Both the position numbers and the translations under genes were made by a program. The notes under the pieces were generated by a model. That model had not been told where the DNA came from and did not search any database. It was given only the letters and a program-made list of their open reading frames with translations. This document shows, in pieces, positions 1 through 13,166 of a stretch of DNA of 64,000 bases. Numbering within the stretch: position 1 is the stretch's first letter; each line of letters opens with the position of its first letter. This stretch comes from Takakia lepidozioides (lineage: Eukaryota; Plantae; Bryophyta): positions 10,230,001 to 10,294,000 of the forward strand of contig CM060733.1 in NCBI GenBank assembly GCA_030704615.1, read 5' to 3'.

Positions 1-2906
1 GATCCCTTAGAAAATATAGAACTCCAGGTCGCAGCACCTGTAAAACAGCACCAACCAGACAACAGTCAAAAGACAAGCGCATAAGGTGCTGTGAGGGAAG
101 AAAAATAGAAAAACCACTGGCCAACAGCAAAGCAGTCAGCATATGACAGCTGCAGTGAAACCATACTTAGTACGAAAGCACAATGCACACAAAGAATAGT
201 ACAGATGTATAAACAGGTAGGGAGATAACCTCACGGAGGAGGCTCACGAAAATGCTGATTTGAAGCATGTACACAATTCCAACAAGCCAGTGGAGCAGGG
301 AGCTAGTGAGAGGAGATGCCCACAGAAAGGCTACTCGCTGAGCTATGGTGACTTCCAGCATTCCCAGTGTGCAGACATCCAGCCACCACCCACACATGAG
401 TGGGAAGAACCCTAGCTCAATCACCAGTAACAACGTCACTTTCACCATTGTTGCCATGTATTTCACACCAGCCACCACCTGCCTGGCCACTGATGGTGCA
501 GCTTCAGCCATTGAAGTAACCCCATGAATTCGGCCGACGGTTATTGGCTCCCCCCGACTGTATCTAATAAGCGCTATGAGGCCCAGATAAAAACCCAGTG
601 CAAGCAGGATAACCCCATAACCCACAGCCACTGTGGCGGTATCAGAAAACCTGAGGGCTGCTACCATAGCTTCAGTCACCACATCAATAGCACTTCCCAC
701 CGGTACAGAGGCCACCCCTGTAAGGCCACTTCCAGCTAGTAGATTAAACAGGCTGCTATTGCTTTCCACCCTCTCATTCCCTGTGTAAAAAGAGGTGGGG
801 TTAGGGTTCATGGCAGTTATTGGGGAGGTTGAACTAAGTTCTGCTGTGATATTTGTAAGAGCTGATGCTGCTATGGCACTTGCACTTCCAGTGGCAACCA
901 CCAACCTTGACGCAATGGACAAAACTAGGCGACCGAGTGTGAATGGAACTAGGGCCACTAGGCCCAGAAATATCGCATTGCTAGCCAAAACCTGCAAGAG
1001 CCACAGTACATGCACTACAGTTCATCAGCAGAAGTGCCCATGGGATAGCATTGAACCATAGGTATAAAATGGAAATCCAGATCCAAACCAAAGCTCTTCC
1101 GCACTGTCTCCTGCCAGTTGTACTTCCTTGCAGCAACCCCAAAGGGTACAATATGCTGCATTGCTTGTCTCAGCTAAAACACTACTGAGACTATCCTGGG
1201 TACCCAGTAGAGATCCAGCTCTAATGCATGCAGACCATTCAAAAGGTTTCGATGGCAGGAAAAATAAATTATTAACTCACTAACCGTAATAGCGTTCTCA
1301 ACAAGGTGGAAGACTGGGCCTTGCATCCCCACAAGCTCATCAAAGGGTACATCTTCAGCACCATCAACATCTTCAACAGCGTCAAACATCTGTTCTACAT
1401 GAGCCTCCAGGCGCGCAGCTTGCATTTCCAACCGGGCAGCTACATTTTCCGCATTTCGTCTCAACAATTGGCCAGCTCCCGCTGCCAGCCCATGCGCAGG
1501 TGGCACAATTGCAACTTCGCCATTGGCTCCACCTCCCAGAGCTGGGACGCGTGGCACAGCCACTTGCCCATCTCCTGCAACCCCCCTGCCCCCAGCGACC
1601 ACCTGACCTAGGCGCCTACCAGCCATCCCACCTAGGCCCCTACCTACTCCTACCACTTCCAGCTGCCGGCCTCCATCCTGGGCACCTCCTATCTCCCGCA
1701 AATGCCGGAAGTACTCCCGTAGCGAAGTTGCACCCAAAAAGATGAAGACAATCCCAGCTGACAATAACAAGCCGTGTAAGCAGTCTGTGAGCAGGAGACT
1801 CAGTACACACCGACTAAGGAACAGGTGCTGGGCTTCAGCCAGGCTCCGCACAAATGTGAACCTCCATATCCAGAAAGTGATAAAGGGAATGACAAGAAGC
1901 CAGACAGACAGTACAAATGCTAGACGCACAAAAAAGCGTGCTCCCCTCCCAGCTTTCACTGCCATGCCCAGCACGAGCTCCTGAAATGAGAGCCTGGCAG
2001 GAGCATTATCGGCGTACACAGGAGAGAAAGCAAATGGATGCTTACACACCTGCATGAGCAAACACTCCTGCTCAGTATCCCTTAAACATGAACTTTATTG
2101 GAAGTAACCGTAAGTCTCAGCAGCAACCACATGTGTTCCAAGTTGTACTCTGTGTTAAGTTCATTCCTCTTACAGTTGATAAGTGAATGTGTCTGCTGAC
2201 AGGAAATGCTGGGACTACACAAATTCGGCTACAAGAAAACCTAAGTCACAAATAAGGTGTGGGGCACAGGTCCTCATAGGCAGGGTATGAAGTTCTACAT
2301 CTTCGTATCCCACCTTGCAGGAAATATCTCATTGGTCAAGCACTTGTTGCAAAAACAAAGTACATATTCGGGGATAGTTTGATTGAACTGTTTTAATGAT
2401 TGATATCAAATCATGAGCGTTCTCGCTTATATACAAGTACGGCTGTTGACCCGATGGTAACCTAAATACCAATTCGGGACACCCGAACCAGAGCTACAGT
2501 GGCAGAGCACCAGCCTCAGATTCATTTCCTTCATCTACGGGAAGCCAACAAAAACAGTACTTCTGTTTGACGAAATATTGTAAGAACAACCCCACGAACA
2601 TTTGATGTGATGGAGAATATAGCGTACCTCACACTGGCGGGCATGGCTATGATTAAGCCACTGCAAAAGGCATTCCTGATGGACATATTTTATGCTTCCG
2701 CTACAAGCGCATGGATAATAGAGAGGAGAGTCGTCATCCCCGGGCGTCCTGCAAATTCGACACACATCTCCTTCATCATCCGCGTCTCCATAACTCACCC
2801 TGTTGGATTTCTCAGCCTCCGTGACGCGCTGCCCCACCCTGGAGGAATTCTCCGCAACAAAAGCGCGGCCTTCTGTGACCGGCGGCCCGGCCACATCAAT
2901 CTCCAT
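1..2906 (-). CDS. SUD1: E3 ubiquitin ligase SUD1/DOA10/MARCH6-like, 5' part (runs off window start); exons ~2628-2906, 1285-2049, 230-991, 1-37
   Basis: RING-CH domain [35 protein letters not shown]|VCKHPF, then TM segments, [40 protein letters not shown] and [12 protein letters not shown]; GT-AG junctions keep frame. Confidence 0.95.
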
Positions 2907-3645
2907 ACGTGCAAATCCTCGAGGGATCTGCCACCTCAAGAGAAATTCCTCACACGCTCATGCCATGCACCACTCCCTTCATCGATCTAAGTAAGACACC
3001 TCTGCCTCACGAGCTTCCCTGCTTCACAGACCGCCTCCTGGTCCCCTCCTCCTCTCCACCAATTTTCTTCAAAACACGTTCATAGCACCAGGATCAGCGA
3101 CGGGGTTTGAGATAGGTCTTCGGATGGAGGTAATGCGGCAGCCGCTAAGCAGCTAGTTCAACAACAAGCTTGTACTCGGCTACAAGATGAGACATGACAA
3201 GCTTGGGTTCACCTCCCGCCTCGCAGCAGCGTGCCTGCCTGCGCAACAAAGCGCGCTATGCGGTGGTGAGCGATGGCGACGGGTGCACCGCGGGCGAGCA
3301 TCATCCACGGCGACGACGACGATGGCGATCTCCTCTCCTGCCCCAGCACGCCCTCACTCAAATTGTCATTTATCTATTTATTATCTTGCAAACAATTACG
3401 TATTCAAAATAATCAGAATACTATTAACCCAACAGTTTTGCCACCTGTCACAACTGACCCTGACCAAGCATTTAGGTTTCACCCCTCCGCTAAACGACAC
3501 GTGCTCCCCCCACTTAATCCAGATATTTAAGTCCCTAGTGCAGAGATGGATAGACATTTGAATTTCTAGCGGATGACCTAGGGCTCGAATCCAAACACAA
3601 ATATGGATTGTGTACTTGGATACGTATATAGGTATGTGTATATAC

Positions 3646-4533
3646 CAGTGTTGTGTGGGTTCTGCCTTTTTAAGGAACCCGCCTGTCCGGGTGTGGGTTT
3701 TTTTTTGGAGTCAAGTCCGGGTCCGGATCCGGGTTTCTGAAATTTGGAAAATCCGGGTCCGGGTTTGTCAACACAGACTGGGGTTAGGGTCCGGGTAGTT
3801 GTTGGGAAATATTAGCGGGTTCACGGGTTCGGATCCGGGTCCTAATTTATTGATTAAATAAATTAGAAAAATAATATTAATTAGGGATAAAATTATTTTT
3901 GGCTGGAAAAAACTTTAAATCCTAATAATGAATTTTATTTTAAGAGACATTCCTTCAAAATATACCATGAATATGAATATGTATACCTCGAATAAGAATT
4001 AAAATAGAAGTTTGAGTTCCATTTTCTATTTTTCAATATCAATTCTTTAAACATGTTAAGAATAGTAATATGCCTCAGGAGATCACTATAGCATGGATGT
4101 GTGGGATCTGGCCTAATAATAATATATGACGCCTCCTTTGGGAGGTGTAAATTATGGTCCCATAGGCACAACTTTGTGACACCACTCCGTGGATTGAACC
4201 CACAACCGCTTTTGATGGGCATTACCTCTGGGGCTATAACGTGGTGGGGTTGGCTACTTCAGTGGCCTATTGCTGCTCGTCCCCTCCACACATATGACAA
4301 AACCTACCAAATCTAAATCTAAGGTGGACCCCGCATGCCCCATCTAAAATTAAGACCCGGACCCGGATCCACTACATTGGCCCGCGGATAGCGGGTTTAA
4401 CAGGTTCTGGACCCCGCAGGCGGGTCCGGTAACCGGGTCAAGGTCCGGGTTTTTTGTGATAGCACGGGTCCGGGTAACTTGGATCCTAACCCGCCCAATA
4501 CCCGCCTTCAAAACCCGGACCCGCACAACACTG
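3646..4533. mobile_element. Non-autonomous hAT-type element (MITE), 888 bp
   Basis: TIR CAGTGTTGTG(T/C)GGGT at both ends; perfect 8-bp TSD GTATATAC (3638-3645, 4534-4541); subterminal GGGTCCGGGT/ACCCGGACCC repeats. Confidence 0.92.
4115..4240 (-). mobile_element. tRNA-headed SINE-like copy inside the hAT MITE
   Basis: Minus strand TAGCCCAGAGG (A box) ... GGTTCAATCC (B box) ... CCATAATTTACACCTCCCAAAGGAGGCGTCAT followed by a (TAT)n tail; resembles copies at 6664 and 16271. Confidence 0.6.
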
Positions 4534-5088
4534 GTATATACTCATGTAATTACCAGGGTTGTGCGATTTGTATGACTTACAAACCTTTGGTGGGTCGAGT
4601 TTTGAAAGACTTTGTGGTTGAAGAAACGTGTCATGTCCAAGCCTCGCCACCTTACTAAAGAGCAGCCTTGAACCGGTTTGGTTTTTTTCTTTTTTTCTTT
4701 TTTTAAAGGAAAGTTGGTTCTCAACTTGAGCTAAGACTATCTTGCTCTCACTATGCTTGCTCTCACTATGCTTGCTTCTACTACTAGAGAGCCACAAGCT
4801 CAACTCTCTAGGATCTAGCTCCCTCAAGCTCAAAACTAGCAAATTGCAATGTTCAGAAGAAAGAAAAAAAAAAAAAAAAAAAAAACAACAATAACAACAA
4901 CAACACATACTCTTTTTTATAAAAAGTCTGTGGATTTCAGCCGGGATCTCTACCCAGAAATCACAACCACCATGAGGCCAGAAGATTAAAACAAAGATAT
5001 AATATACAAAATACACAAATAATCTAAACTATCTGAACCATTTCATAATCTTTAACCTCTTGAGCTCCAGCATTACAATGGTTCATTT

Positions 5089-6005
5089 ATGTGGTTCCTT
5101 TCGGCTCTAGTCAAACTGCTACAATTCGAGCCAGGGGAGTGGTCTTGGATGAATAAGGGGCATGACCACTTCTTCACGTACTCGGTCAAAATGGGCTATT
5201 CTCTTGTTTTACCCAAAAAGAAATTTGATAGCAAGTGGGACAGGAAATGGGCTCACCTCCTTGGGCACCCGATATTGTGGAAAAAACATAGGGCATCCAT
5301 ATTGGCTGCCTTTCTTTGGAAGATCGCTCATATGATCATCCCAGTTGCTGCTATGTTCTCGGATTCCCTTACCTCTTGTGCTTCATGTAGTGTATCTTCC
5401 CCTATGAACTTGGAGCACTGCCTGGTAGATTGCCCTTTTGCTCAGGCAGTGTGTGGCAAGGCCCTTATTCTGAACTCTTTCTGGAACCCAAACTATCATA
5501 CTCCTCTTCTGCCTTGCTGCTAAACATTAAAGATGGTGTTATCTTCTGCTCCTGCCCTGTTTGGGAGTCGCTCATAGGAATTATTCTGTGGAATATTATG
5601 AAGATGAGATGTGCTTTTCTATTTCAGAATGTGAGGCTTTGTATGGAGAGGAGAGGGTCTTGTATTGGGATCACTCAGACCTGGTGTCTGAAGCTCGCAA
5701 AGTGTGGCTTCTGATTTTGGCAGCTCTTCCCAAGTGCAATGACGCAAGGAAAAATCAACTGCTTGCTTCCTTTGACAATTCATGAGGAAAAGACAACTTC
5801 GGCAGAAGGGTTTCAGACTCTAGAGTTATATGGGAAAACACCTTCCCTTCCTGATGGCAACAAAAGTAGTTATATGCCCTCTCCGCTGGAAGTTGAAGAC
5901 TTGGAAATCAACTGGCGGCACAAGCATACCTATAATAGGAAGGGTAGATCAAAGTTGGCTCAACTCGCTTTTGACGCTCCCAAGCGTAAAAGGGGAAGTA
6001 TGTAG
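5089..6005 (+). mobile_element. Degenerate L1-type LINE ORF2 C-terminal fragment (zf-RVT-like)
   Basis: FLWKIAHMIIPV..CASC..LEHCLVDCPFAQAV motif followed by W-rich ILWNI..RC..LF; frameshifted. Confidence 0.7.
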
Positions 6006-6663
6006 CAGGGCTTGGTTCTTGTTAGCTAGTTGTTGGTTGTTTGATGGTTGTTAGTTGTTTCTTGGTTGCTGCACATTGCTCTACTGCTTCTCTTTGCCTG
6101 GTGGCCTGCCTTTTTGGCTGCTTGCAGCAGGGCTTCATGTGTCCTGTCTTTCTGGCAGATCTCCTGCGAAGGAGTTCTTTCTGCCTTCCCTTTAGTGCGT
6201 AATTAGCTTCCTTTTAAGCTACTTCTGGCTTCTTTCCCTATTGCTTAGTTCAGAGTGGAACCTCTTTATTCTGCCTTCACGGCTCTTTGTAAGGTTATTT
6301 TTTCTTTACCAATTAATAAAGTTTTACAAAGCTATAATCTCCTTGTTCTCTGCCAATAAAATAAAATAAAATAAAATCCATTTCATGGCCATTTCAATAT
6401 AAACAGAGTCATTCCAAGTGTACTTTAAGAATTGAAATGGGTCCTTTCAAGTTTATGGATGGTGGTTCTATCAGGAAAACAATAGGAATAATGTAAAAAG
6501 TTAATGAAGGCTTGTGATTTGACGGTACTTTCTCCGGACTAGGAGGACGTGGGCTCCTTCTGCCGGGGGGGGGGGGGGGGGGGGGGTCAAATCCTCCCCA
6601 CCCCCTCTCACCCTGGATTCACTATTGAGATTCACTATTGAATACATTAGTAAGTGTGTCATG

Positions 6664-6755
6664 AAGGTGTCCACCTTTCAGCTGGAAGGCAGTAGCCCTT
6701 GTGGTGAAGTGACACCATAAGTTACGCTCCCTTCGGAAGACGTCATACTTTACTT
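6664..6755 (+). mobile_element. 5'-truncated SINE-like 3' end with (TACTT)n tail
   Basis: Closely similar to 16355-16435 (AAGGTGTCCACCTT..AAGGCAGTAGCCCTT..AAGTRACACCATAAGTTACGCT..CTTCGG). Confidence 0.65.
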
Positions 6756-6757
6756 TA

Positions 6758-7482
6758 GGTATTGCACGGGCATCGCATCAATACCATGCTATGTAGGGTA
6801 TTGACCTAGGTATTAGAATTGCCAAATACCAGGCGGTTTGGTTATTAACCCTAACTCTATTACAATAGCCAACACCAGCCCGGTCGGTTATTTAATACCT
6901 AGGTTGATACCCTAGTTGATACCTAATCAGGCCCTATATACCAATCCAACACTATAAATAACCCATGTAACATTGACTATGGAAAGTTTAATGCAAATAA
7001 TTGAACAATAATAAAACCTAGAACACTACGCATAATATAAGAACTTAATGCACACGTGCAATCTCTAATAGGGCGGTACGCCAGTTTTTGGCATGTCAAA
7101 TCTTCCCCACCTTGTCTCTAACTAACATGGAACTGAAGGGTGTGGAACTCCACTAAGGGTTTATCCTGGTTACATGGCGGGGAGTGTATACTCCACTCCG
7201 TATTACCCAGCGGGGGGTGTAAGACTACTCGGCATAACTTGCACTTGGTCTCAAAATTTGAAGTATAAAAACGGACCTAGAGTTTCACAAGACTTGGAGT
7301 TACACAAGACCCAAGGAACTTACACAAACCTGGGGTTATAGTAGCCATCCACCGGGAGTTGAAATGAACACCTCACCACCTATAATGCAATCACCCAAGA
7401 CCATCGTTTGAACCCACAACCACATCCAACATGGTATGTGCCCATTACCACTAGGCTATATGTTGGTTGTCCGTGCAATACC
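6758..7482. mobile_element. MITE with TIR GGTATTGCACGG flanked by TA
   Basis: Perfect 14-bp inverted match TAGGTATTGCACGG (6756-6769) / CCGTGCAATACCTA (7471-7484); a tRNA-like head lies on the minus strand at ~7405-7460. Confidence 0.7.
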
Positions 7483-8299
7483 TATATTATGGGCAAAAAC
7501 AAGGACTATACATATGGCATAGATATAAAGTTGGGCGGATGTACATGAGGGGGCATGTCCAACCCCAAGGGACCCGCCGCTATTGATTGTTTTTTTTTTT
7601 TTTTTTTGGGAACTATTCTTCATTTTTAGCACATGTCAGGTAGGGGCTATGTCCACTTGGCATTAACAACCTCGACATGATTGGTGCTAATTTTAAAGAA
7701 TTGGCCGAATGACATGCGGACGGATTGCAAGGTGGTTGAGCAAGGGATCAATGATTTCTTTTTGTTGGAAGAGAGTACGACTTATGAATATGAGGACCTC
7801 ATTGCAGATGCTAGCATGTTTGACAATGAGGCTTGCAAGCATTTTTCTTCTAACTAAGCTTGCTCCCCTTTGCATACTAAAATTTGCAACATGATTATGT
7901 AATGCAAAATCTGAATTTTTTGCAACAAAATATTTAATTTCTTTGTGAAATCAGGTAGGTTTCTAAATTAAAGGCATATTAATGATTTGGTGGTTATTTT
8001 TATTTTTATTGTAATTATTTATATCCAGGTTGATAATATGATAGTATTATGATTGAAATCTTGTCCTTATTTATACATGTCCGCAAATCAAAAATCATAC
8101 TACTATTGAGAACTGGCGGAAATTAAGATTAAGTGAATATTCCAATATTATGGAACCAGCTGGTATTGAAAATTATTATTTTTTCAATACCAAGGCCCGG
8201 TTGGTATGAAAAAAAGTAATACTCGCCCATCATTTACAATCTTTAAAGATCTCATTAAACTCATTGCTATGAATCAGATTATGTTTACATTACCACTCT

Positions 8300-9353
8300 C
8301 ACCCGTGAAGCTAATAAACAAGCCGTAGCATCTATGAGCCACACCAAAGTACACATTCAGAAATAGACCGAGTCCACAGTGTTCCATCATAAGCTATCAA
8401 ACCACTTATGGCACACCAAAGCCACTATTGATGCACAAATCCGACAAACACTCAAATTCAAGTACGCCCAATACATAGGTCACCAGCATAAATACATCTT
8501 CTGGCCACATCTTTTCCCATCCCCGTACTGCCCACTATGCTCAAATACTCACCATGAACGCGACACCTGGCCACACCTCTTTAACCAATGTACCCATCCA
8601 ATCATTCATGGCCTTCATATCCCTTGTCACAATCACGCAGTCTGGCACATCCATAAACTCCTTATGAGCCGCGCTGAAACCAAGTGGTTCCCACTCATTA
8701 ACGTCGACACCTACCAAGGCCGACCACCAAACCACAGTGTACCACTATGGTTGATTCAATGTATATGTACCCGCTCACCATGCACTTGCCCCACTAGACT
8801 ATGCCCTGATGTTCTACTTGTCCAAGACCTACCCACTAACACCCCACCACCTACTACACCATCCCCACAACTCACCATCCACTTCATCAAATTTACATAC
8901 TGTCACGATCACTACCCCCAATGACTCGATCTTGGAGAAATGACAAAAATATGCCCCGCTCATCCTTACAATTCGCCGTAGGGTTTGGATCACCGGCCAC
9001 TAACCGTCATCACTGCCGGAACTAGAGGCGGCATCCACAATGCCCGCTATACATAACAACTTCAAAATCATCCCCCTATTCATAAATATTTCAAAGCAAT
9101 CCACCTCACGGCACTCCGATCCTTCACAGCTATTATCATCAACAAACGACACCTAGAATCCAATCCTACGACGATACCCTGGGTACCCCTTGGTACCCTA
9201 TGATACCGTAAATACCTCTATACCCCCGTTTACTTGGTGTCCTACAGGACACATGTTCTCTCATAGGGCCCACCCCCGAAAGCCTGGGGCAGTAGCCAAA
9301 AGATGAAGTGGCTCTTAGCTACGCCGGCTTCGGCCGGAGACTTCTCTCTCTCT
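8300..9353 (+). mobile_element. 3' remnant of a non-LTR retrotransposon with a restriction-like endonuclease (RLE) domain
   Basis: CPLC-x-H-x4-C zinc knuckle, HN motif, PDVLL..IHFIKFTYC (PD-(D/E)xK-like); structured 3' UTR ending in a (CT)n tail. Confidence 0.7.
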
Positions 9354-11351
9354 ATGTTTACATTTTCTACTTTCTCTATATAAGTATAAGCTGAATTGAA
9401 ACCATTCATTCCATCACTCCATCACTCCATTGAAGTGCCAAGCTCTCTCCGGGATGTAGAGATCCGGGTGTGATCTCGAATTGATAATTACATAGGGTTT
9501 GGAAGCTTAATGTAATTATCAATCCGGGTAATTACATAGGGTCTCGAAACCCAATGTAATTATCAATTGGCCACGGGACCAATACCACTAACAAACGGTA
9601 GTAAAGTTCGAGCGGCGAATTGGTGGGCCGCACGCACTATGGGGCATTGCTAGTTATTAATATTCCAAAAAACACATATCATAACTACAGCTTCATGACG
9701 GTTACTCCACATTACTTAGTGACGACTTTAACAAATATATATATGACGCAAATTGGACATTGTCCAAGAAAAATGATGGATTCAAAGTTCAACATAGTAG
9801 TTTTTGGGTGTGATGTGACTTCGGCAAGAGTTTTTTTTTTTAACATCATTAGAGATATTGTTGATGTGTATTTGTGATATATGAATATATCCATGTTTTT
9901 AATCATACAAAAGATAGACAAGGAAAAAAAAAAAAAAAAAAAAAAAAAACATTAAGAATTTTGGCATTATTATCAGCTATCAGCATTATCATTTATCATA
10001 ATATATAAGTTGAAACATGCTCACTACAAAACCAAAATAATTTTTAGAAGTGTTGTAATAATTTGCATTGAATATGTATAAGAATAAAATAACAAAAAAT
10101 TGATTGTTTTCTTTTGTCAAACTACGCATGATAAGCATTTGAAATAATTCTTCATGTCAAATCATATGTAATTTTTCTTATAGTCTCTTTGACACTCAAA
10201 CTTGTTCTACTATCTCATTTTATTAATATATAGATAAATACAGTAGTATTAGAGCATCCACCCCCGAAAGTCATAAGGCGAAGTGGCTTTTAGTTAGTCT
10301 TCTCCCTCACAATACTAGAACTAGAACAATATTGCAGCAAAATTTTACAAGAATGATTTTTTGAGGTGATTTGGTGTCTTTTTTTTTTGTTCACACAATT
10401 TGGGCAGCTTCAGAACAAAGACCTGAGAAATGATTGACAATATACTTTTTCTAAATGATTCAGGTTTTTTTCTTAGGAAATTTGGGCAGCTTAAGAAAAG
10501 ACGACGGTGATGTTGCATTATGACACCCTATTTTGGCTCTACTCTAAAACTAGCTTCTCCAACTTTTTAGTAATCACTGAATATATGAGTATATTTATTT
10601 TTTTCTTGGTTTTTTGTAGGTATCCTAGATGGTGATGTTAACCAAGTTAGGTATGCTCATTTACATTCTCAAACCCCTCCTTTTGTGCAGGCAGCAACTC
10701 TCCATCAACACATATATTGTGATTTGTTAACAGTTTGAATGCGTGAGGGGTTTTTGGACAGCTCTCTGCAGATGTGCTGAAGGCAATTGAGACAATTGAT
10801 CATCACTCATTTGTCAATTCATCTCCGTGTGGTAACGGAGAGATCTTGACATCTACATTGGATTATCTAAGGAAGGCATGAGAGGACCTTCAAGCCTCCA
10901 ACAAGTTGTCGGATCTCCTTATAAAATGTGGCCGTCTCTTGGGTACAAGGATGATATCAACTAGAGGGCACCACAAGAACTGTGATTCAAATATCAAGGC
11001 ACACCTCATTTTCGAGGCAATTTAGGAGCAAACGCTGATGTGTAGGGGATCTTTTAGTGGGTCTTTGCTAGTCCTTTTGGTTGTCTAGCTTATGGTAATT
11101 CTGGCTTGTCCCTGCATTTATCCTCATTCGGGGTTCTATTTTTCGGTCTTTTTTGTTTGTTTAAGGGCTCTTCTTTGTTCGTTGTGGTCGTCGTGATTAA
11201 CCTTTTAGTCCTCTGAGACACTGGGTGGTTGCCCCATCTTGTAACAATCTTCATTGTTTCCTAATATTATGTTCTCTTCTATGTCAGTCGAATTTGGGCA
11301 CTACCATTTCTCTAAAGAACCATATATTTATTTAAACTTAAAGGGAAATAA

Positions 11352-13166
11352 TCAATATATGAAGCAATGTTGTTTGTCTGTAGTGTTGAGATCTCTCAAA
11401 CCGCAGCCCCAGCCCTGGTGCTTGGTACCGTTGTAAAGCCCTCGATGAGGAGGGGTGCACTTGCTCTCATAATTTTTGGATCTGCAATATGGGAGATATG
11501 GAATTTCAATTACTTTTAATGGTGGCCAGAAATTCGTGAAATACAACAAAGTGGGCTTTCCTAGAACAATGATTGGATATATTACTACTCAATAAATTCA
11601 TGGAACAAAATAAATTGTTTTTTACAATATATGACTAGGGTAGTTTTTCACACATGGGCCTCGACATAGGAGATGCACTTGGATACACATGGGATTGCAC
11701 TTGGACTTAGATGACACTAGACACTTGGGCCAACAGCACAGGCTATCCTAATCGATATATGAAGGGAGACGTTTGTTTTGTTTTGTTTTGTAGCGTCGTT
11801 GAGATCTCCCAAACGGCAAGGCCCAGCCTTGGTGCTTGGTGCCATTGGAAAGCCCTCGATGAGGAGGGGTGTGCACCGGCTTGGTCTCGTGATTTTTGGA
11901 CCCGCGGTGTGGGAGATCTGGAATTTCAAGTACTTTTGGTCACCGAAAATTCGTGAAAAATAGCAAAGTGGGCTTTCTTGAAGCAGTGATTGGCCCTTCA
12001 CGTGGGAAATATGGAATTTCAAGTACTTTTGGTCGCTGGAAATTCGCAAAAAATAGCAAAGTGGATATATCAATATATGAAGTCTCGACAGGGGAGATTG
12101 CAAAAATAGCAAAGTGGGCTTTGTTGGAACATTGACGTGGAGATCTCCCAAACTGTAAGGTCTCTCGATGCATAGGGGATTACACTTGGACTTAGATGAC
12201 ATTGGACACTGGAGGTCACACTTGGGCCTCTACATGGAAGAAGCACTTGGATACATAGGAGATTGCACTTGGGCTTAGATTCAATTTCTCAGACATGGTC
12301 CAATGGCATAGACTACCTTAGATTTCCCAAATAGGAGGACGTATGGGCCGAGAATTCTAGAAATATGAACAATTTTGGTCGCTGAAAATTCAACTAAATT
12401 ACAAAATCAAGTGTTTGAATGACACTGGAGTCACACTTGGGCCTCTACATGGGAGAAGCACTTGGATACATAGGAGATTGCACTTGGGCTTAGATTTCAA
12501 TTCTTCACACATGGGCCAATGGCACAGGCTACCCTAGATCTTCCAAACATGAGGACCTACGGGCCAAGATTTATAGAAATATGAACAATTTTGGTTGCTG
12601 AAAATTCAACGAAATTACAAAATTAAGTGTTTGAATGACACTGGAGTCACACTTGGGCCTCTACATGGGAGAAGCACTTGGATACATAGGAGATTGCACT
12701 TGGGCTTAGATAGGCCTTAATATAGGAGACACACTTGAATACGTAGGAAAGAACACTTGGTCTTAGATTTCAATTCTTCACACATGGGCCAACGGCACAG
12801 GCTACCCTAGAGGTCGCACTTGGGCCTCGACATAGGAGACGCACTGGGATACATAGGAGATCTTGCACTTGGGCTTAGATGACACGACACTTGGGCCAAC
12901 AACACAGGCTACCCTAGTTAACATAAACTTCTAACTCTTCCAACCTCTAAATCACATTACATTGTTCGTCATTTTGTTCATGCTTACAATATTCTTTAAA
13001 CATTAGTTCATTCATGTACCACACATTCTTTACAACTAAACAAACATCCAACTTCATTTTAGTATATCAATTTCAATTCTTCACACATGGGCCTTGACAT
13101 AGAGAATCCTGCACTTGGACTTAGATGACACTGGACACTTGGGCCAACGGCATGGGCTACTCTAGT
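11352..13166 (+). mobile_element. Cluster of non-autonomous Helitron-like repeats with reiterated 3' termini
   Basis: TC(A/G)ATATATGAAG 5' starts (11352, 11752); repeated GAGATCTCCCAAAC..AAAGCCCTCGATGAGGAGGGG body; many CACTTGGG(C/A) units; repeated GGGCCAA..GGCTAC(C/T)CTAG ends, with CTAG|T at ~12917 and ~13165. Confidence 0.65.

Noticed and set aside
2907-2939. SUD1 start at 2939
   Set aside because: The ORF track uses a TTG start; the first ATG is at 2906
4486-5016. 176-aa minus-strand ORF
   Set aside because: Low-complexity translation of A-runs and repeats, with no protein motif
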